Positions 38,376 through 42,767 of a stretch of 42,767 nt of DNA are shown here, piece by piece. The DNA is taken from positions 1 through 42,767 of the forward strand of contig DAOVET010000015.1 of the NCBI GenBank assembly GCA_030668825.1, given 5' to 3'. Position numbers and translations under genes: made by a program. The DNA comes from Candidatus Heimdallarchaeota archaeon. GTDB lineage: Archaea; Asgardarchaeota; Heimdallarchaeia; Heimdallarchaeales; Heimdallarchaeaceae. The notes under the pieces were generated by a model that saw only the letters and a list, made by a program, of their open reading frames with translations, made no database searches and was not told where the DNA came from. How positions within the stretch are numbered: position 1 is the first letter of the stretch; every line of letters begins with the position of its first letter.

Positions 38376-39908
38376 TTAAGGAACGAATTCCCCTTTCTCT
38401 TTCTTCTCTTTGTATATCTTATAGGACAATACTAAGTTTCTAACAGACCAAGCTGAATCAATTCTTCCAACTGAAGTCCATTTTGGTGCATCATGAGCAT
38501 AGTCAGGATCTAGTTTTGCTTTTTCCATTTCTTCCGAAACAGCTTGAACATATTGATCAATTCTGTCTTTGTTCTCATTCTCAGTTGGTTCAACCATCCA
38601 AGCTTCATGAGCGATCAGCGGGAAGTAAACAGTTGGAGCATGAAGCCCCCTGCTAATTATCATCTTAGCAATATCCATTCCAGAAACATCATAGTTTCTC
38701 AAGAATGGTGTTGCTTCAAGAACACCTTCATGTTTTCTTGGAATTTCAGATGTATGACTTAATCTGAAGCCATCTAGTTTCTCAAGTTTTCTAATTGCAT
38801 AGTTTGCAGTTAAGACTGCATGCTCTGCAGTATCTTTCAATCCTTGGAAACCTAAGGCCGCGATATATGCATAAGCTCTCAGTGCAATTGCTGCATTTCC
38901 ATGATATCCATGAACTTTACCTATAGATTTTGGGCGATTATAATTGTAGAAATAGAAGTCTTTATCCTTGTCATAATCGATAGTTGGTATTGGTAGATAT
39001 GGTTCTAGAATGTCATTACAACATACAGCTGCTGCACCAGGACCTCCTCCACCATGTGGAGTTGAGAATGTTTTATGTAGATTGAAATGAAGCACGTCGT
39101 ATCCCATGTCACCTGGTCTTATCTTTCCTACAATAGCATTGAAGTTTGCACCATCATAATAGAGTAAACCACCTGCTTCTTTAACGATCTTTGACATTTC
39201 TATAATGTCTTTTTCGAAAATACCAAGTGTATTGGGATTTGTTAGCATTAAACCTGCGGTTTTATCTGATACTGCAGCTTTTAGTGCATCCATATTTACT
39301 CTTCCATCTTCATTGGATTTTATTTCAATGAGTTTCATACCATTCATAACAGTACTTGCAGGATTAGTTCCGTGGCTTGAGTCTGGAGCAATGATTTCGT
39401 CTCTTTGTGTATCTCCATGATCATCATGATAAGCTTTGATTAAAGCAAGACCGCAATATTCGCCGCTTGCACCAGCTGGAGTTTGCAAAGTTGTATGTTT
39501 TAGACCTGCTAACTCTCCTAATGCTACTTGAAGCTCATAAAGTATTTCTAGGATACCTTGAACAGATTCGACTGGTTGATTTGGATGCAAATACATTATT
39601 TTCTCCATTCGAGCAACTGTTTCGTTTATCTTAGGATTGTATTTCATTGTACAAGAACCAAGTGGATAAGTACCTGTATCAATACAGTAATTCTGATGAG
39701 ATAAATGCACATAATGGCGCATTACTTCACCTTCATGAAGCTCAGGTAATTCAGGTGGTACAGTTCTTCTCATATTCTTCGGAATATTGATGTCATCTCT
39801 AGTGAAATCGCATCTTGGGGGAAGATGAGCTCTTCTACCCTTTTTACTTAATTCAAAGAGAAGAGGTTCGTCATATTTTGCTTGTCTATACATTTTTAGC
39901 TCCTCCAT
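38376..39908 (-). CDS. gcvPB: Glycine dehydrogenase (decarboxylating) subunit 2
   Basis: YPLGSCTMKYNP, HGTNPAS, NLHKTFSTPHGGGGPG. Confidence 0.96.
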   Translation of the reverse strand: MEELKMYRQAKYDEPLLFELSKKGRRAHLPPRCDFTRDDINIPKNMRRTVPPELPELHEGEVMRHYVHLSHQNYCIDTGTYPLGSCTMKYNPKINETVARMEKIMYLHPNQPVESVQGILEILYELQVALGELAGLKHTTLQTPAGASGEYCGLALIKAYHDDHGDTQRDEIIAPDSSHGTNPASTVMNGMKLIEIKSNEDGRVNMDALKAAVSDKTAGLMLTNPNTLGIFEKDIIEMSKIVKEAGGLLYYDGANFNAIVGKIRPGDMGYDVLHFNLHKTFSTPHGGGGPGAAAVCCNDILEPYLPIPTIDYDKDKDFYFYNYNRPKSIGKVHGYHGNAAIALRAYAYIAALGFQGLKDTAEHAVLTANYAIRKLEKLDGFRLSHTSEIPRKHEGVLEATPFLRNYDVSGMDIAKMIISRGLHAPTVYFPLIAHEAWMVEPTENENKDRIDQYVQAVSEEMEKAKLDPDYAHDAPKWTSVGRIDSAWSVRNLVLSYKIYKEKKEKGEFVP

Positions 39909-41281
39909 TCTCCAATTGCTTTAATATAATCGTTAAGATCTTCTTCACATAGTAGATATGAAGTTGTAACAATGTAATCATAGTTTTCACCATCGTTTGA
40001 ATAAGGGATTCCTGGAAAGATTTTTCTCTCCAACATGAAATTTATGAATTCTTGTTTTTTGCTTTTAGGAATCTTAAGATCAAGCATAAATGTATTAAAG
40101 AATTCACTATCAAACACTCGTTTAATACCAAGTTTCTCAAGCTCTTTAACAATGAAATGTGCACTTAGATACATTGTTTCTGCGGTGTCTTTATAACCTT
40201 CAGGACCCAAAAGTGCTAAATGAATTGCACAACTTAGTGCTACAAGACCTTCATTTGTACAGATGTTGCTTGTAGCTCTTTCTCTTTTGATGTGTTGTTC
40301 TCTTGTTTCTAGTGTATTTGCAAAAGCCCTTTCTCCTTCATTAGCAGTTATAGTGACTCCAACAATACGTCCAGGCATCTGTCTTGTTTCTCTTCTGTCA
40401 AATTGCATTGCAAGAATACCTAATAGCGGGCCTCCAAAATTCAATGGGCCACCACCAATAGTTTGACCTTCGCCTATACAAATATCAGTACCATATTCAC
40501 CTGGTGGCTTCAGTAGTGCTAATGAATTCATATCAGCTCCGACAACAACCTTAACTCCTTTTTCATGAGCATCGGCAATGATTTCTTCTAAATCATCCTC
40601 GATGACTCCTAAGAAGTTTGGATTTTCAATATAAATACCTGCGACTGTATCATCCATCATAGTTTTAGCTTTAGCTATGTTCATTTTACCAGTTGCAGGA
40701 TCATAAGGAATTTCTTCTAGTTCCAGATTAGCTCCTACAACATAGTTTTTCAAAACTGCTTCTCTATTGGGGGCAGTAGCTGCTGTGTAGATGAATTTGT
40801 ATCTTTTTGTTATTCGAGAAGCCATTAATGCAGCTTCTCCTACAGCTGTAGCCCAATCATAAAGAGAACAGTTAGCAACATTCATACCAACAAGTTCACA
40901 GATCATGCTTTGATATTCAAATAAGGCTTGAGTTGTTCCCTGAGATGTTTCAGGTTGGTAAGGGGTATATGCACTATAGAATTCAGTTCTTCTAAGAACT
41001 TCATCTTGGAGCGCAGGCATATAAATATCTAATACTCCACCACCCATGAAAGTTCTTACTTCTCTTGTAGTGATATTTTTACTCACTTTTGCCTTAATTG
41101 CCTCTAAAAGTTCATATTCACTCTTATAATGTGGTAAATCCAATTCTCCTTTGAATCTTATTTCATCAGGAATATCGGAATAGAGCTCTTCGATACTTTT
41201 GAGACCTAAATACTGAAGCATTTCATCGACATCTTGTTGACTATTTCCAAGGTAAGGATGTTCTTTAAAACCTTCTGTCAT
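39896..41281 (-). CDS. gcvPA: Glycine dehydrogenase (decarboxylating) subunit 1
   Basis: AYTPYQPE.SQG, FEYQ, TREQHIKRERATSNICTN. Confidence 0.96.
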   Translation of the reverse strand: MTEGFKEHPYLGNSQQDVDEMLQYLGLKSIEELYSDIPDEIRFKGELDLPHYKSEYELLEAIKAKVSKNITTREVRTFMGGGVLDIYMPALQDEVLRRTEFYSAYTPYQPETSQGTTQALFEYQSMICELVGMNVANCSLYDWATAVGEAALMASRITKRYKFIYTAATAPNREAVLKNYVVGANLELEEIPYDPATGKMNIAKAKTMMDDTVAGIYIENPNFLGVIEDDLEEIIADAHEKGVKVVVGADMNSLALLKPPGEYGTDICIGEGQTIGGGPLNFGGPLLGILAMQFDRRETRQMPGRIVGVTITANEGERAFANTLETREQHIKRERATSNICTNEGLVALSCAIHLALLGPEGYKDTAETMYLSAHFIVKELEKLGIKRVFDSEFFNTFMLDLKIPKSKKQEFINFMLERKIFPGIPYSNDGENYDYIVTTSYLLCEEDLNDYIKAIGEWRS

Positions 41282-41339
41282 TTTTGTTCCTCTTTGTTAA
41301 TCGATAAAAATAAAGGGGGAAAAATTCTCCTCTTAAAAT

Positions 41340-41762
41340 CTAGTGAGAACCTTCTTCGATCTTTTTCTCAATAAGCTTTACGTAATCTTCTTGATTGAAT
41401 AGATGATCAATTGGACCAGTTGCTTTAAGCTTCAGAATCCAGCCTTCACCATAGCAATCTTCAGTAATTGGTGATGCATCATCTTCTAAATCTGAATTAA
41501 CTTCTACAACTTCGCAATCGAATGGAGAATAGAAATCAACGACAGCTTTTAGAGCTTCAACAATACCCATTGAATCTTCATTACCGAAGGTATCACCTAC
41601 TGCAGGAAGTTCTACATAAGCAAGTTCACCTAGTTCGACACTAGCATAATTGCTAAGGCCATAAATCCAGATGTCTCCTTCTTGAAGAACCCATTCACTT
41701 TCTTTAGTGTAAAGAAGTCCTTCTTTTACAGTATATTTGTCTTTTACTCTTATGTCACCCAT
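41340..41762 (-). CDS. gcvH: Glycine cleavage system H protein
   Basis: YT...EWV, ELG, VEALKAV (lipoyl-Lys) and YGEGWI. Confidence 0.92.
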   Translation of the reverse strand: MGDIRVKDKYTVKEGLLYTKESEWVLQEGDIWIYGLSNYASVELGELAYVELPAVGDTFGNEDSMGIVEALKAVVDFYSPFDCEVVEVNSDLEDDASPITEDCYGEGWILKLKATGPIDHLFNQEDYVKLIEKKIEEGSH

Positions 41763-41902
41763 AGTAATTCCTCTATCATTTATAGGATTGTTTTAACGAG
41801 AAGAAGTTTAGTTTATAAAGATTATTAATCCGATATAGTACTGATTTGAGAGGTGAATACCTCTGTTTAGTATTAATCTAATGTTATATTGAAATCTCAG
41901 TT

Positions 41903-42331
41903 TTATAAGTCCACAATTATGTGACAATACCACTCATCATTTCTTTTTTCTAAGACAAAATTGTGCATAGTTACAGCTTTCACATCTGTTAATATCTCAT
42001 ATTTTTCATAATCAATATCATCACCAAAAGCTTTGCACGAGAGTTTGAATTTATCATTTTCTTCGATTTTAATTTCATAGTCTTTGAATAAAACAGATTC
42101 AACATCCTTAACAAATACTAGTTCTCCTAGAAAATCGTACAATAATAATTCTGGGGTATCAGATTCGATTTTGAATTCCCAAACGCGTTTTGCTTTAAAT
42201 TCTTTGACGCTTACCATAGCTTCCATCATTGCTATTCCTGCACCTCTGAAAAGTTCAGAGAGGTTATCTGCATTAACTTCAAAAGCAAAATCTGATTTTA
42301 CTTCTTCAGAGAGTATGTTGTATTTGAACAT
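41903..42331 (-). CDS. Archease
   Basis: Likely start MFKYN at 42331; LLYDFL.EL, DVKAVT.H and terminal IVDL. Confidence 0.88.
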   Translation of the reverse strand: MFKYNILSEEVKSDFAFEVNADNLSELFRGAGIAMMEAMVSVKEFKAKRVWEFKIESDTPELLLYDFLGELVFVKDVESVLFKDYEIKIEENDKFKLSCKAFGDDIDYEKYEILTDVKAVTMHNFVLEKRNDEWYCHIIVDL

Positions 42332-42440
42332 TGAACTCAGAAAGGATAAATAAATTACTAATAAAAATAATCCCTTTGTAGATATTTTCTGATAAACCAA
42401 GAGATTTATTAAAACTAACAATTTCTTTATATTGAGTAAA

Positions 42441-42767
42441 ATGACAAGCGGAAACATTCCAATGAAACAAATTGATGAAACAACTTGGGAAGTCCCCACA
42501 TCATACAAAAAGGGTATGAGGGTACCTGCAAGATTGATTGTAACTCCAGCTCTAAAAAAAGGACTTGAAGGTAAAGTTGTAGATCAGATAACCAATGTAG
42601 CAACACTTCCTGGAATTCAGAAATACGCAATAGCTCTTCCTGATGCACATGTTGGATATGGATTTCCAATAGGCGGTGTTGCCGCAATGGATATGGAGGA
42701 AGGAGTAATTAGCCCTGGAGGTGTTGGTTTTGATATCAATTGTGGAGTACGCATGCTTACCACAACC
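42441..42767 (+). CDS. rtcB: RtcB RNA ligase, 5' partial
   Basis: Manual translation: MRVPA..., [36 protein letters not shown]. Confidence 0.95.
   Translation, partial: MTSGNIPMKQIDETTWEVPTSYKKGMRVPARLIVTPALKKGLEGKVVDQITNVATLPGIQKYAIALPDAHVGYGFPIGGVAAMDMEEGVISPGGVGFDINCGVRMLTTT

Noticed and set aside
42332-42687. Long N-terminal extension of archease and an 86-aa minus-strand ORF
   Set aside because: Both overlap the rtcB gene or its promoter; archease similarity starts at 42331.
1-42767. CRISPR arrays, tRNA/rRNA genes, transposases, integrases
   Set aside because: No spaced repeats, GC-rich structural RNA blocks or mobile-element motifs were seen by eye.

Overview
AT-rich archaeal chromosomal segment, very likely from an Asgard archaeon (Heimdallarchaeia, judged from the ESCRT-III, ubiquitin and actin-like sequences). 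The first ~22 kb is dense in eukaryotic-signature and membrane-remodelling genes. At the left edge is the 5' end of a probable actin gene. A/V-ATPase membrane-sector genes follow: subunit C (eukaryotic d), an oversized 1067-aa subunit I (a) whose soluble N-terminal domain is tandemly duplicated, and a separated proteolipid K (c) that sits head-to-head with ESCRT-III. This part also holds a Roadblock protein, a Zn-finger/coiled-coil/PH-like protein, a ubiquitin-ESCRT cluster (two ESCRT-III, Vps4, Vps25, Vps22/36, a UEV-Vps28 ESCRT-I fusion, E1, ubiquitin) and a Rab-like GTPase with a coupled small partner. The right half is mostly metabolic: NAD-kinase-like protein, DegT aminotransferase, two divergent MIO ammonia-lyases plus HutI, a MenA fusion, thermosome, a thioredoxin-double V4R protein, glycine cleavage H/P1/P2, archease and a partial RtcB. 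Two pseudogenes were found by manual translation. The best candidate for something new is the double-headed subunit I, which may be a fused precursor of eukaryotic V-ATPase subunits C (Vma5) and a. All calls come from motif recognition by eye; no searches were run.
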